Assembly: GCA_028282935.1 (NCBI GenBank)
Contig: JANQGU010000036.1
Location: 1,406-65,405 of the forward strand
Source of the DNA: Kiloniellales bacterium
Lineage (GTDB): Bacteria > Pseudomonadota > Alphaproteobacteria > Kiloniellales > JAKSBE01
Direction of reading: 5' to 3'
DNA length: 64,000 bases
This document shows, one piece after another, positions 45,198 through 54,619 of this stretch. Position numbers and translations under genes: made by a program. How positions within the stretch are numbered: position 1 is the first letter of the stretch; every line of letters begins with the position of its first letter. The notes under the pieces are model-generated. The model was given only the letters and a program-made list of their open reading frames with translations, was not told where the DNA came from and searched no databases.

Positions 45198-46037
45198 ATG
45201 GACCTTGGCTATGTGGAGCACTACCGAGAGCAGGGCTACGCCGTGGTCCGCGGTGTCTTCGGTCCGGAGGACGTCGTCGCGCTGGCGGCCGCTTTCGACC
45301 GGGTCTACGCCGAGGGCCTGACCCACCACGCGAGCTACCGGGACCGCAACGTGCTGTTCCGCGTCGGCCAGGATCCGAAGCTCGGCCGGATCCTGCGCCT
45401 GGTGCAGTGGCCGTCCTACTTCGACCCGGTTCTGGAACGCTACCGGCGCGACCCGCGCCTGCTGCGGGTCCTGGAGCCGCTGATCGGCGGCGACCTCAAG
45501 CAGATCATCAACCAGCTCCACTGGAAGCCGCCGGGCGCGGCCGTCACCGAGTTCAGCTATCACCAGGACATTCACTTCCGGCGCCCCGCTTCGGCCTATC
45601 GCGATCCCGGGCGCTCCTACATCCAGACGGTCATCGCAGTCGACCCGCATCGCGCCGAGAACGGTGCCATCACGGTCTATCCGGGCAGTCACAAGCTGGG
45701 CAAGCTGACCTTTCCGGAGCGCGGCCGGATCATGGACGCGGCGCTCAGCGGCCAGGACCTCGAGGCTCTCGGCCTCGATCCGCGGCGCATCGTGCACCTG
45801 GACCTCGAGCCGGGCGACCTGGCCTTCTGGGGCCTCTACATGATCCACGGCTCGGGTCCCAACGTCTCCGCGCTGGACCGGCGGACCTACGTGAACGGCT
45901 ACGTCATCGGCGCCAACTGCGACCGCGGCGAGTGGGCCTTCCGCGGCGGTCAGGGCGTCCCGCTGGGAGAGCCGGTGCTGGTCCACTACGAGGAGCTCCA
46001 CAGCCGGCCCGGTCCCTTCTACCTGGAGGACGGCTAG
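45198..46037 (+). CDS. Phytanoyl-CoA dioxygenase (PhyH) family Fe(II)/2-oxoglutarate oxygenase
   Basis: 279 aa; HWKPPG...SYHQD (HxD) and GSHK / HGSGPN facial-triad contexts. Confidence 0.8.
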   Translation: MDLGYVEHYREQGYAVVRGVFGPEDVVALAAAFDRVYAEGLTHHASYRDRNVLFRVGQDPKLGRILRLVQWPSYFDPVLERYRRDPRLLRVLEPLIGGDLKQIINQLHWKPPGAAVTEFSYHQDIHFRRPASAYRDPGRSYIQTVIAVDPHRAENGAITVYPGSHKLGKLTFPERGRIMDAALSGQDLEALGLDPRRIVHLDLEPGDLAFWGLYMIHGSGPNVSALDRRTYVNGYVIGANCDRGEWAFRGGQGVPLGEPVLVHYEELHSRPGPFYLEDG

Positions 46038-46068
46038 ATCGCCCCGATTGAGCGGAGCTTGATCTAGG
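46034..46068. repeat. Palindromic repeat element, copy B (shortened)
   Basis: CTAGATCgccccgattgagcggagcttGATCTAGg; matches copy A arm ccgattgagcggRgYttgatctagg; its two arms supply the TAG stops of the convergent PhyH and ScfR-like genes. Confidence 0.65.
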
Positions 46069-47629
46069 CAGACGCGGCGGGCGCCACGAGAGACGGCATG
46101 GCCCGCTGCCGGCAGTCGCTGCGCTCGCAGAGCCGGCAGTTGATCCCGACCGGGACCGCCGTCTCCGGCGCCTCCCATTTCAGGCCATCGCTGTAGACCA
46201 GCTCCTCCGCATAGGAGAGGTCGCAGCCGATGCCGATGACGTAGCGGGTCTCGGGCTCGCGATAGCCGCCGCCGGGCTTGGTTATGCTGCGCGCCAGGCA
46301 GAAGAAGCGGCTGCCGCCGGGCATCTCGGCGACCTGGACCAGGATCTGGCCGGGCGAGGCGCCGGCCGCGTGCAGGTTCCAGCGCGGGCAGACGCCGCCG
46401 TAGCGGGCGATCCGCAGGCCGGATCCGCCGAAGCGCTTCGAGACGTTGCCCGCCGGATCGATGCGCACGAAGTGGAAGGGCACGCCGCGCTGGCCCGGCC
46501 GCTGCAGGGTCGTCAGCCGGTGGCAGACCTGCTCGAAGCTGGCGCCGAAGCGCTGCTGCAGGCGCTCGATGTCGTAGCGCAGCTCTCGGGCCGCGGCGAC
46601 GAAGGGCTCGTAGGGCAGGATCACCGCCCCCGCGAAGTAGGACGCCAGCGCCTCCCGCAGCTTCGAGGCCGAGTCCTCCGCCGAGAGCGTCAGGCCCTCG
46701 ATCAGGGGATCGAAGCTCTGCTGGCATCGCAAGGCGCCGATGCAGCGTGCCATGTGGAAGGCCCGGCTGCTGGCCGGCAGGGCCTCGGAGAGCGCGAGGG
46801 TGCCGTCGCTCCGGTCGAAATCGGCCGGGACATCGGAGGGCGCGATCCGCAGCCTGACGCCGCAGGCCTTCTCGAGGTAGGCGGCAAGGCCGGATTCGAG
46901 CGACCGCTCGCTCAGCTCCGCCCGCGCCCAGAGCGCCTCGGCGGCCGCCTCCAGCTCCGGGAAGTGGTTGTTGTGGTTCTGGATGAAGTCCATCACGTCG
47001 TCGACCGCCGAGGCCAGGCCGCCCAGGGCGGCCAGGTCCTCGCCCTTGGCGAAGTCGACCATGCGGTCGGCGGCCTGGTCCAGGCGGCCGGTCTCCTTGA
47101 CCAGGATCTCGAGGAACCTCTGCCGCTGCTCCGCGTCCAGGTCGTCATAGTCGCGCAGGATCTCCGAAAAGGAGCGAATCGAGGTCAGCACGGTCCTCAG
47201 CTCATGGGTCGAGGCGGAGATCAGGGCATCGTCGCTGAGCCGCTCGCTGACGGCGTCGAGGTCGGCACGCAGGTTCCGGTAGCCCTGATAGAGCGCGATC
47301 ATGGCCTGCCCCAGGGCCGGCGCCGCGCCGACCGAGTCGCTCAGGTCCTTGGCGCCGAGGTCGAAGGACGCGAAGAGCGGATCGCGGAGGATCTCGACCA
47401 GGTCGGTGACGATGCGGGCGTCCTCGTCCTCGGCGAAGACCTGCAGGTCGACGTCGTAGCCCTCGGCCAGCTTCATCTGCAGCGATCGGGTCAAGGGCCT
47501 TTGGTTGTGCTCGATCAGGTTGAGGTAGCTGGGCGAGATGCCCAGCCGCTTGGCCATGTCGACCTGGGTCACGCCCTGCGCACGGCGCAGCCGTCTGACC
47601 TTGCTCCCAAGATGTGTGCGATCGCTCAT
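46064..47629 (-). CDS. Short-chain fatty acyl-CoA regulator-type XRE HTH / ImmA-IrrE peptidase-like / DUF2083 transcriptional regulator
   Basis: 521 aa; N-terminal XRE HTH (VTQVDMAKRLGISPSYLNLIEHNQRP); C-terminal Cys motif CRLCERSDCRQR. Confidence 0.8.
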   Translation of the reverse strand: MSDRTHLGSKVRRLRRAQGVTQVDMAKRLGISPSYLNLIEHNQRPLTRSLQMKLAEGYDVDLQVFAEDEDARIVTDLVEILRDPLFASFDLGAKDLSDSVGAAPALGQAMIALYQGYRNLRADLDAVSERLSDDALISASTHELRTVLTSIRSFSEILRDYDDLDAEQRQRFLEILVKETGRLDQAADRMVDFAKGEDLAALGGLASAVDDVMDFIQNHNNHFPELEAAAEALWARAELSERSLESGLAAYLEKACGVRLRIAPSDVPADFDRSDGTLALSEALPASSRAFHMARCIGALRCQQSFDPLIEGLTLSAEDSASKLREALASYFAGAVILPYEPFVAAARELRYDIERLQQRFGASFEQVCHRLTTLQRPGQRGVPFHFVRIDPAGNVSKRFGGSGLRIARYGGVCPRWNLHAAGASPGQILVQVAEMPGGSRFFCLARSITKPGGGYREPETRYVIGIGCDLSYAEELVYSDGLKWEAPETAVPVGINCRLCERSDCRQRAMPSLVAPAASA

Positions 47630-47653
47630 AGCTCGCGCCCACGGCCACCAATT

Positions 47654-47762
47654 TTTACTAGATTTACAATCTGGCCAGGGTTCCTCAGGTGTAATTTACA
47701 CACTGATTGGCTGAAAACCAAGGGTCTTGTTGACTGGGTTAACGAATTGTGGGATTTTTACA
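47654..47762. promoter_or_regulatory. Cluster of TTTACA/TTTACT motifs including palindrome TGTAATTTACA in the scfR-like / SSS intergenic region
   Basis: TTTACT 47654-59, TTTACA 47663-68, TGTAATTTACA 47690-47700, TTTACA 47757-62; locally AT-rich in a GC-rich genome. Confidence 0.4.
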
Positions 47763-48081
47763 ACCACGACCAATAAGGATACAGCCCGCTCGAAGGGCGA
47801 TTGCACCGGGGGGAGGCGACGCAAGAGGGAGACAGGAAGCTCCCGCGCGTCATGGGTGAACAGCGGTCCCCGCCGTGGTTCGGCGGAGGCGCGAGGCCAC
47901 CTAAGCCGCACCCCGAATCGCAAGAGCCGGCTGTCCGGCGTCACGGCGACGTGATGCCGGGGACCCGCTTGGATCTGTCCTGATCGGTCGAACACTAGGG
48001 GAAGACCGCTGCGGTCCGGCGCCTCGCCGGCTTCTTTGCGGTCAATGCTGGTCCGGACCCAATGGAGGGGAGACGGCAAAG

Positions 48082-50082
48082 ATGGAAGCAAAAGTCATTT
48101 GGTTGTTTGCCTTCGTCGGCATGTACTGGGCGTACTGTATCTTCTGGGGCGTCAAGGGCGCCCTCCAGTCCAAGACGGCGAGCGACTACTTCATCGCGGG
48201 GCGCCGCATGTCGATGTGGGTCTTCGTCCTCGCGGCGACGGCGACGTCGTTCTCGGGATGGACCTTCATGGGCCATCCAGGGCTCGTCTATCGTGACGGG
48301 TTCCAGTACGCCTATGCGTCCTTCTACACCATCACGATCCCCTTCACGGGGGTCATGTTCCTGAAGCGGCAGTGGATCATCGGCAAGCGCTTCGGCTACG
48401 TCACGCCGGGCGAGATGCTGTCCGACTACTTCCGCGGCGACGCGATCCGGATCCTGACCGTGATCGTGGCCCTGCTGTTCTCGATCCCCTACCTGGGCGT
48501 GCAGCTCGGCGCGTCTGGCTTCCTGTTCAACGTGCTGACCACCACGGACGCCTATCCCACGGGCCTCGTCAACGCCGATCTGGGCATGTGGATCCTCTCG
48601 GCCGTCGTGCTCATCTACGTCGCCTCCGGCGGCCTCAGGGCGGTGGCCTACGTCGACACCCTGCAGTGCATCCTGCTGGCGCTCGGCATCGTGGTCACCG
48701 GCATCATCGCCCTCAACCTGATCGGCGGTTGGGGCGCCATCAACGATGGCTTCGCCACACTGGCGGCCAGCGAGGTCGGCAAGTGGGGCGTCACCGAGGA
48801 CGGGCACAATGCCTACTTCGCGATCCCGGGCGTGATCCAGTTCACCGCGGGCCTGGGCAAGGAGACCCCTGTGGGCGGCCTCTGGACCGGCATCATGGTG
48901 CTGACCTACATGTTCGCCCTCATGGGCATCCAGTCGGCGCCGGCCTTCTCGATGTGGTCCTTCTCCAACACCGACCCGCGGCCCTTCGCGCCGCAGCAGG
49001 TCTGGGCCTCGTCCTTCGCGATCGGCTTCATCCTGTTCTTCTTCACCGCCTTCCAGGGCATGGGCGCGCACCTTCTGGGCGCCAACCCGGCGGTGAACGA
49101 GGCCGGTCTGGCGATCTCGCAGATCCTCGACGGCGAAGCGATCGCGGCGAAACCGGACTCGCTGGTGCCCTACTACTTCAACCAGATCGCCGACGCGGCG
49201 CCCTGGTTGGTGGGCCTGCTGGCGGTCTGCGCCCTGGCCGCGATGCAGTCCACGGGTGCCGCCTACATGTCGACGGCGGGCGCGATGCTCACCCGCGACC
49301 TCTACAAGCGCTACCTGAACCCCGGCGCCTCGCACGCGACCCAGAAGCTCTTCGGCCGTCTGGGCGTGGCCTTCATCGTCCTCTCGGCGCTGCTGGTCGC
49401 AACCTTCTCGCAGGACGCTCTGGTTCTCCTGGGTGGTCTGGCGGTGGCCTTCGGCTTCCAGATGTGGCCCTCGCTCGCGGCCGTCTGCTGGTTCCCCTGG
49501 ATCACCCGCCAGGGTGCCACCTGGGGCTTGGCGGTGGGCCTGATCGCGGTGATCTTCACCGAGACCTTCGGTCAGACGATCGCCGGCGCCTTCGGCATTG
49601 AGCTGCCTTGGGGCCGCTGGCCCTGGACGATCCACTCGGCCGGTTGGGGGATCATCTTCAACTTGGCCGTCTGCATCGGCGTTTCCGCGATGACCCAGAA
49701 CACGGGCGATCGCGAGCATCGCATGAAGTTCCACAACTTCCTGCGCGAGCACGCGAGCCTTCCGGCCTCCAAGAAGGGTCTGGTCCCGGTGGCCTGGATC
49801 ATCACCTTGGCGTGGCTGTTCTTCGGCATCGGCCCGGGCGCGGTGATCGGCAACACGCTCTTCGGCGTCCCGGGCGACTCCACGACCTGGACCTTCGGCA
49901 TGCCGTCGATCTGGGTCTGGCAGATCCTGTTCTGGCTGCTCGGCGTCTTCATGATGTGGTTCCTTGCCTACAAGATGGAGATGTCGACGGTGCCGGAGCG
50001 TGAGATCGAGGCCTTGGCCGAGGATATCGGTGACGTCCATGCACCGGCCGAGCAAGCCGGTGCCGGAGGCGCCGCCGACTGA
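48082..50082 (+). CDS. Sodium:solute symporter (SSS) family permease
   Basis: 666 aa; ~13-15 TM; GGAGGGGAGA SD before ATG 48082. Confidence 0.9.
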   Translation: MEAKVIWLFAFVGMYWAYCIFWGVKGALQSKTASDYFIAGRRMSMWVFVLAATATSFSGWTFMGHPGLVYRDGFQYAYASFYTITIPFTGVMFLKRQWIIGKRFGYVTPGEMLSDYFRGDAIRILTVIVALLFSIPYLGVQLGASGFLFNVLTTTDAYPTGLVNADLGMWILSAVVLIYVASGGLRAVAYVDTLQCILLALGIVVTGIIALNLIGGWGAINDGFATLAASEVGKWGVTEDGHNAYFAIPGVIQFTAGLGKETPVGGLWTGIMVLTYMFALMGIQSAPAFSMWSFSNTDPRPFAPQQVWASSFAIGFILFFFTAFQGMGAHLLGANPAVNEAGLAISQILDGEAIAAKPDSLVPYYFNQIADAAPWLVGLLAVCALAAMQSTGAAYMSTAGAMLTRDLYKRYLNPGASHATQKLFGRLGVAFIVLSALLVATFSQDALVLLGGLAVAFGFQMWPSLAAVCWFPWITRQGATWGLAVGLIAVIFTETFGQTIAGAFGIELPWGRWPWTIHSAGWGIIFNLAVCIGVSAMTQNTGDREHRMKFHNFLREHASLPASKKGLVPVAWIITLAWLFFGIGPGAVIGNTLFGVPGDSTTWTFGMPSIWVWQILFWLLGVFMMWFLAYKMEMSTVPEREIEALAEDIGDVHAPAEQAGAGGAAD

Positions 50083-50114
50083 TCTCGGTGCTTCGGTATC
50101 GGGCAATCGAAACT

Positions 50115-50147
50115 GGGGGAGGGGCTTGCCCCTCCCCCTTTTTCTTT
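50115..50147 (+). terminator. Rho-independent terminator after the SSS permease
   Basis: Perfect 10-bp stem GGGGGAGGGG / CCCCTCCCCC, loop cttg, followed by TTTTTCTTT. Confidence 0.85.
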
Positions 50148-50244
50148 GGATAAGACAAGGGTCGCCGGGACGCGGTATTCTCTCGGAGGTCCGAGGCCTC
50201 ATTCCGCGGGCTTCCGGTCCCGACCTCCCGGCCAGCGGCGCATA

Positions 50245-50505
50245 TTGTCGAAGGATCTGGTCTTGGCGGAACTCTTCACCCGGAACTACGCCCTGCTTTG
50301 GGTGCTGGCGCTGGCCCTGGCGCTTTTCCACTTCGTGCGGAACTTCGTCTGGGTTCTGGCGGTCCGGCGGGCCGAGCGCGACGGCAGCCAGGACGAGGAA
50401 CGCCGGATCAGGCTGAAGCGCCGCGCCGGCGCGACCTCCGCCTTGTTGTCCTTCGTGTTCTCCTACTTCTTCGTCATGCATGTGCTCTTCGGTGACGGGT
50501 CATGA
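50245..50505 (+). CDS. Hypothetical small membrane protein (start uncertain)
   Basis: Two hydrophobic helices (ALLWVLALALALFHFV, ALLSFVFSYFFVMHVLF); stop overlaps next ATG (ATGA); ORF-track start 50146 lies inside the terminator, so TTG 50245 or 50263 assumed. Confidence 0.35.
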   Translation: MSKDLVLAELFTRNYALLWVLALALALFHFVRNFVWVLAVRRAERDGSQDEERRIRLKRRAGATSALLSFVFSYFFVMHVLFGDGS

Positions 50506-51107
50506 ACGAGAGGGTGCTCAAGCGCTTCGTAGTGCTGATGGCGGGGCTGACGGCGCTATTTGCTGTCGGATATCTCGTTCACGGCTATTTTGATGTCTCG
50601 CCCGGTGACTATCATACGCGTCAGGGCGACCAGCAGCTGTCCTCGGGCGAGTTCGAGGCGGCGCTGAAGAGCTTCAACCTGGCCTTGAGTGAGATGCCGG
50701 ATCACCGGGGCGCGCTCATGGGGCGCGCCCTGATCTTCATCCAGACCGGGCGCTACCGCGAGGCGGTCGAGGAACTGACCTACCTGATCGGTCGCCTCGA
50801 GGAGACCCTGGAGAGCGACGACACCACGGGGCGCGGCGCGCTGGCGGCCGCCTATGCCAACCGCGGCGTGATCCACGACCGGGAGGCCCGCTACGAGGAC
50901 GCCCTGCGGGACTACGTCAAATCCCTGCAGATCGACGAAGGCGTCACCGAGGGGCCGGGCATCTTCAACCAGATCCTCTATCGCTACCGGCCCTCGACGG
51001 TCCGGGACCGCGCCATCTACCTGCAGGAACAGCTGCAGCTGCCGGAGGATGAGCGGCTCATGCAGGTCCCGGAGAAGGACGAGCTGCAGCGCATGCACAA
51101 GCCCTGA
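50502..51107 (+). CDS. Membrane-anchored tetratricopeptide repeat protein
   Basis: 201 aa; N-terminal TM helix then TPR-like repeats (FEAALKSFNLALSEMPDH, YREAVEELTYLI, YEDALRDYVKSLQID). Confidence 0.7.
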   Translation: MNERVLKRFVVLMAGLTALFAVGYLVHGYFDVSPGDYHTRQGDQQLSSGEFEAALKSFNLALSEMPDHRGALMGRALIFIQTGRYREAVEELTYLIGRLEETLESDDTTGRGALAAAYANRGVIHDREARYEDALRDYVKSLQIDEGVTEGPGIFNQILYRYRPSTVRDRAIYLQEQLQLPEDERLMQVPEKDELQRMHKP

Positions 51108-51146
51108 TCCGGGGCGGGCCGCCTTTCTGTCGAGGCGGCTACGTTG

Positions 51147-51359
51147 TTAGGCGCCCGGCGCGAACCTGACCACGCCCAGGACGTCCTGCAGCAGCACCAT
51201 GACGAAGAAGACGGCCGCGATGCAGCCGAAGAGCAGCCGGACGAAGTCGGACTTGCCCTCTTCGTCGCGGTAGCGGATGCCGTTCACGGCGATGAAGCCG
51301 GTGATAGCCAGGAAGATGATGTTGATGGGCATTTCCCATGCCCCGGCGAACTCGAACAT
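51147..51359 (-). CDS. Hypothetical small membrane protein (2 TM)
   Basis: 70 aa; strongly GC3-biased codons; two hydrophobic helices; no clear SD. Confidence 0.45.
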   Translation of the reverse strand: MFEFAGAWEMPINIIFLAITGFIAVNGIRYRDEEGKSDFVRLLFGCIAAVFFVMVLLQDVLGVVRFAPGA

Positions 51360-51466
51360 GGCGGCAACCTAGACGGCCCGGAAGGCCGGCTCAAGTCGCC
51401 TCTGGAGCCGGCCTGGAAGGCCGAGGCCTCTGGAAAGGCTTCCCGGTCGTGTGCCGCCCGGGCCTC

Positions 51467-52009
51467 TCAGGAGCCGCTCAGGTTGGTCCGCGGCTTCTGG
51501 CGCAGCTCCTCCTCAGAGAAGAAGGGCGGCAGGACCGAGGTCGGCTTCGGCGCGCTCTGGGCGGCGTCCGAAGGCGGGGCCTGCGCCGCCGTCGCCTGCG
51601 AGCCGCCGGTCCCGAAGTGGGTCGCCAGGATGCCGCCGCCGACCGCAAGCACGATGAGGCAGACCGCGACCGCAAGGCGGCGGCTGCCCAGCGCGGCGGC
51701 GCGGTGGTACTCGCTGTCGAAGCGGTGGAAGTAGGGATGCCGGCCGTTCAGCTCGCCGCGCGCGTCGTGGTCGATGACCCGGCGGGCGAAGTGCTTGGCC
51801 CAGGGCGGCACCCGGCTCTGCATCATGAAGCCGTGGAAGATGGAATCCGTCTCGGCCTCCGGTATGTCGCTGCCGTGCCACTCGTAGTAGGCGAGTTGCA
51901 GAAGCTGAAACTCGCCGATCTCGAGGATGTTCGCAGCGTGGGCGATCAGCGCGCGATCTTCGTTCTCGTCCTGGTCCGGACGGATCAAGGTCTGCAGGAA
52001 GTTGGGCAT
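51467..52009 (-). CDS. Hypothetical single-pass membrane protein
   Basis: 180 aa from ATG 52009 (GGAGAGG SD); cytoplasmic N-domain, TM LAVAVCLIVLAVGGGILA, Ala/Pro/Ser-rich tail. Confidence 0.55.
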   Translation of the reverse strand: MPNFLQTLIRPDQDENEDRALIAHAANILEIGEFQLLQLAYYEWHGSDIPEAETDSIFHGFMMQSRVPPWAKHFARRVIDHDARGELNGRHPYFHRFDSEYHRAAALGSRRLAVAVCLIVLAVGGGILATHFGTGGSQATAAQAPPSDAAQSAPKPTSVLPPFFSEEELRQKPRTNLSGS

Positions 52010-52228
52010 GTCCTCTCCGCTTCGTCGTACCGGCCGCGCTTCCTCCATGGGGCCCCGATCTGGCTCGCAGACCCAGCCCATGGTTTTATCTGAATAACCC
52101 TTACATTTAGTATAGTGAGCGGCGCGCCGAATCCCAGTGGCCTTGGGATCGGACTCTTTCAACGGTTCGGGCCCCGCCGCCGCCGCGGCGGGTCTCCAGG
52201 GTCACGACCAGGGGTGGGATAAGCCGGC

Positions 52229-53689
52229 ATGCAGTCGCAGACCAAGATCTTCTCTCAGCTCGTCCGCGACTACATGCGCAAGGCGAGCCTGGTTCTCTCC
52301 GCCGAGACCACGGTGGCCGAGCTGATCGCCGAGATGGTCCGCCGCAAGCGCACCAGCGCCCTGATGACCGACGCCGAGGGCCGGCTGGCCGGGATCGTCA
52401 CCGAGCAGGACATCACCCGCCGGATCGCCCTGCGCTGCAGCGGCGAGGAGCCGGCGACCGCGGTCATGACGGCGCCGGTCGAGAGCGTCGGCGGCGACGA
52501 CTATCTCTACGTCGCGATCGCCCGGATGCGGCGCTTCGGCTGGCGGCACATGCCGGTCACCGACCCCGAGGGCCGCCCGGTCGGGATCATCGACCTCAAC
52601 GCCGCCCTGGCGGTGGCCGCGGAGCAGATCCTCAAGCAGATCGACCGGATCTTTCACGAGGACAGCCTGGACGGCCTGCGCGAGGTCAAGGCGGCGCAGG
52701 TCGAGGTCGCCGACGACCTCTTCCGCGACCGGGTCCCGGCGCCGGAGATCCAGGCGGTGCTCAGCGACATCAACCGCGGCATCCACCGCCGGGTGATCCG
52801 GCGCAGCCTGGCGGCGATGCGCGAGGCCGGCCGGGGCGAGCCGCCGGTGCCCTTCGCCCTGCTGATCATGGGCTCGGGCGGGCGCGGCGAGAGCTTCCTC
52901 TACCCGGACCAGGACAACGGCTTCATCCTGGACGACTATCCCGATTCCGAGCACGACCGGATCGACGGCTTCTTCATCGAGCTGGCCGAGCGCATGACCG
53001 CCGAGCTCGACCAGATCGGCTTCCCCTACTGCAACGGCTACGTCATGGCGACCAACCCGCTGTGGCGCAAGACCCGCAGCCAGTGGGCGGCGCAGCTCCG
53101 CTACTGGGGCCGCAAGCGCAGCGAGATCGCGGTCCAGCTCTCGGACATCTTCTTCGACTTCTCCTGCGGCTACGGCGAGGCGCAGATGGTCCGGGAGCTG
53201 CGGACCCGGGTCACCGAGATGCTGCGCGCCAGCCCCGGATTCCTGCAGGAGATGCAGGCCGAGGTCCGCAACCAGGGGGTCGCCCTGGGCTGGTTCGGAC
53301 GCCTGCAGACCGAGACCGAGAAGAAGGAGTTCAAGGGCAAGATCAACCTCAAGCACCGCGGGACCCTGCCGCTGGTGTCCTGCGTCCGGCTGCTGGCGCT
53401 GCGCGAGGGCGTCGAGGCGACCTCGACCCTGGGGCGGATCGGCGCCCTGCACGCCAAGGGTGTCCTCGACCGCGACACCCAGGACTATCTCAAGGGCGCC
53501 TTCCGCCACATCACCGGCCTGCTGCTGCGCCAGCAGATCGCCGACTTCAAGGCCGGGAAGAGCGTCAGCAACTACGCCCATCCCGACGACCTCTCGGAAC
53601 GCGAGAAGGACATCCTGATCGACTCCTTCCGGGCGATCGAGAGCCTGCGCGACCGGGTCTACGCCGAGTTCACCGGCGACGTCTTCTGA
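52229..53689 (+). CDS. CBS-pair / DUF294-type putative nucleotidyltransferase with substrate-binding C-domain
   Basis: 486 aa; tandem CBS region (res ~14-130); NTase signature GSGGRGESFLYPDQDNG (52871-52921); DUF294_C-like helical C-terminus. Confidence 0.82.
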   Translation: MQSQTKIFSQLVRDYMRKASLVLSAETTVAELIAEMVRRKRTSALMTDAEGRLAGIVTEQDITRRIALRCSGEEPATAVMTAPVESVGGDDYLYVAIARMRRFGWRHMPVTDPEGRPVGIIDLNAALAVAAEQILKQIDRIFHEDSLDGLREVKAAQVEVADDLFRDRVPAPEIQAVLSDINRGIHRRVIRRSLAAMREAGRGEPPVPFALLIMGSGGRGESFLYPDQDNGFILDDYPDSEHDRIDGFFIELAERMTAELDQIGFPYCNGYVMATNPLWRKTRSQWAAQLRYWGRKRSEIAVQLSDIFFDFSCGYGEAQMVRELRTRVTEMLRASPGFLQEMQAEVRNQGVALGWFGRLQTETEKKEFKGKINLKHRGTLPLVSCVRLLALREGVEATSTLGRIGALHAKGVLDRDTQDYLKGAFRHITGLLLRQQIADFKAGKSVSNYAHPDDLSEREKDILIDSFRAIESLRDRVYAEFTGDVF

Positions 53690-53707
53690 GCCCACCGCTC
53701 CTTGGTG

Positions 53708-54499
53708 CTAGCGGCCCGTGAAGGCGGGCGGGCGGTGCGCCGTCCAGGCCTCCAGCCCCTCGCCGAGGTCGCGGCTGCCCGCGATCCGGGCGAACTGCTC
53801 GGCCTCCACCTGCAGGCCTTCGCCGATGGTCGCGTTGAGTCCGCGGGTCGCCGCCCTCAGGATCGCGGCCACCGCCAGGGGCGAATGGCGCAAGATGCGC
53901 CCCGCCAGCGCGCGGGCGGCGGGCAGCAGCTCGGCCGGCGGCACCACCGCGTTCACCAGGCCGATCTCCAGCGCCCTGGAGGCCGGGAAGCCGTCGCCGG
54001 TCAGCAGCAGCTCAAGCGCCCGCTTGCGGCCCGACAGGCGCGGCAGGCGCTGGGTGCCGCCGAAGGTCGGCGGCATCCCCAGGCGGATTTCCGGCTTGGC
54101 GAAGACCGCGGCGTCGCTGGCGATGGCCAGGGGCACGGCCTCGGTGATCTCGCAGCCGCCGCCGAAGGCCAAGCCGTTGACCGCGGCGATGATCGGCTTC
54201 TCGTAGGCCTCCAGCCGCGCGGTCATGGCCTGGCCGCGGCGGACGAAGTCCCGCAGCGCCGCCTCCGCGCCCCGGCGGACGCTTTCGGAGAATTCGTGGA
54301 TGTCGGCACCGGCCGAGAAGGCCTTCTCGCCCGCGCCGGTCAGGATGACGGCCCGCACCTCCGGGTCGGCCTCCAGATCGTCCAGCCGCGCCATCAGGGC
54401 GTCGGCCAGGGCGTAGCTGATGGCGTTCAGCTTCTCCGGCCGGTTGAGGGTCAGCGTGGCGATGCCTTCGGCAACTTCGCAAAGGACTGGGCTCGGCAT
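53708..54499 (-). CDS. Enoyl-CoA hydratase/isomerase (crotonase) family protein
   Basis: 263 aa; oxyanion-hole contexts FSAGADI and AAVNGLAFGGGCE. Confidence 0.88.
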   Translation of the reverse strand: MPSPVLCEVAEGIATLTLNRPEKLNAISYALADALMARLDDLEADPEVRAVILTGAGEKAFSAGADIHEFSESVRRGAEAALRDFVRRGQAMTARLEAYEKPIIAAVNGLAFGGGCEITEAVPLAIASDAAVFAKPEIRLGMPPTFGGTQRLPRLSGRKRALELLLTGDGFPASRALEIGLVNAVVPPAELLPAARALAGRILRHSPLAVAAILRAATRGLNATIGEGLQVEAEQFARIAGSRDLGEGLEAWTAHRPPAFTGR

Positions 54500-54619
54500 G
54501 GCGGGGCGCTCCTTCGATCTCGGAAGGCGCCACTGTCGCGTCGGCGCTGGGGCCGGGCAAACGAGTTGTCTGCAGGCGGACCTGAAGCTTTTTCAGCCGG
54601 GCGGCATGGCTTGGCGGCG

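Noticed and set aside
47780-48081. Possible riboswitch in the long SSS permease leader
   Set aside because: I could not match it by eye to conserved cores I know (cobalamin, glycine, ZTP, fluoride, guanidine). It needs a covariance-model scan, so it is reported only as an unexplained leader.
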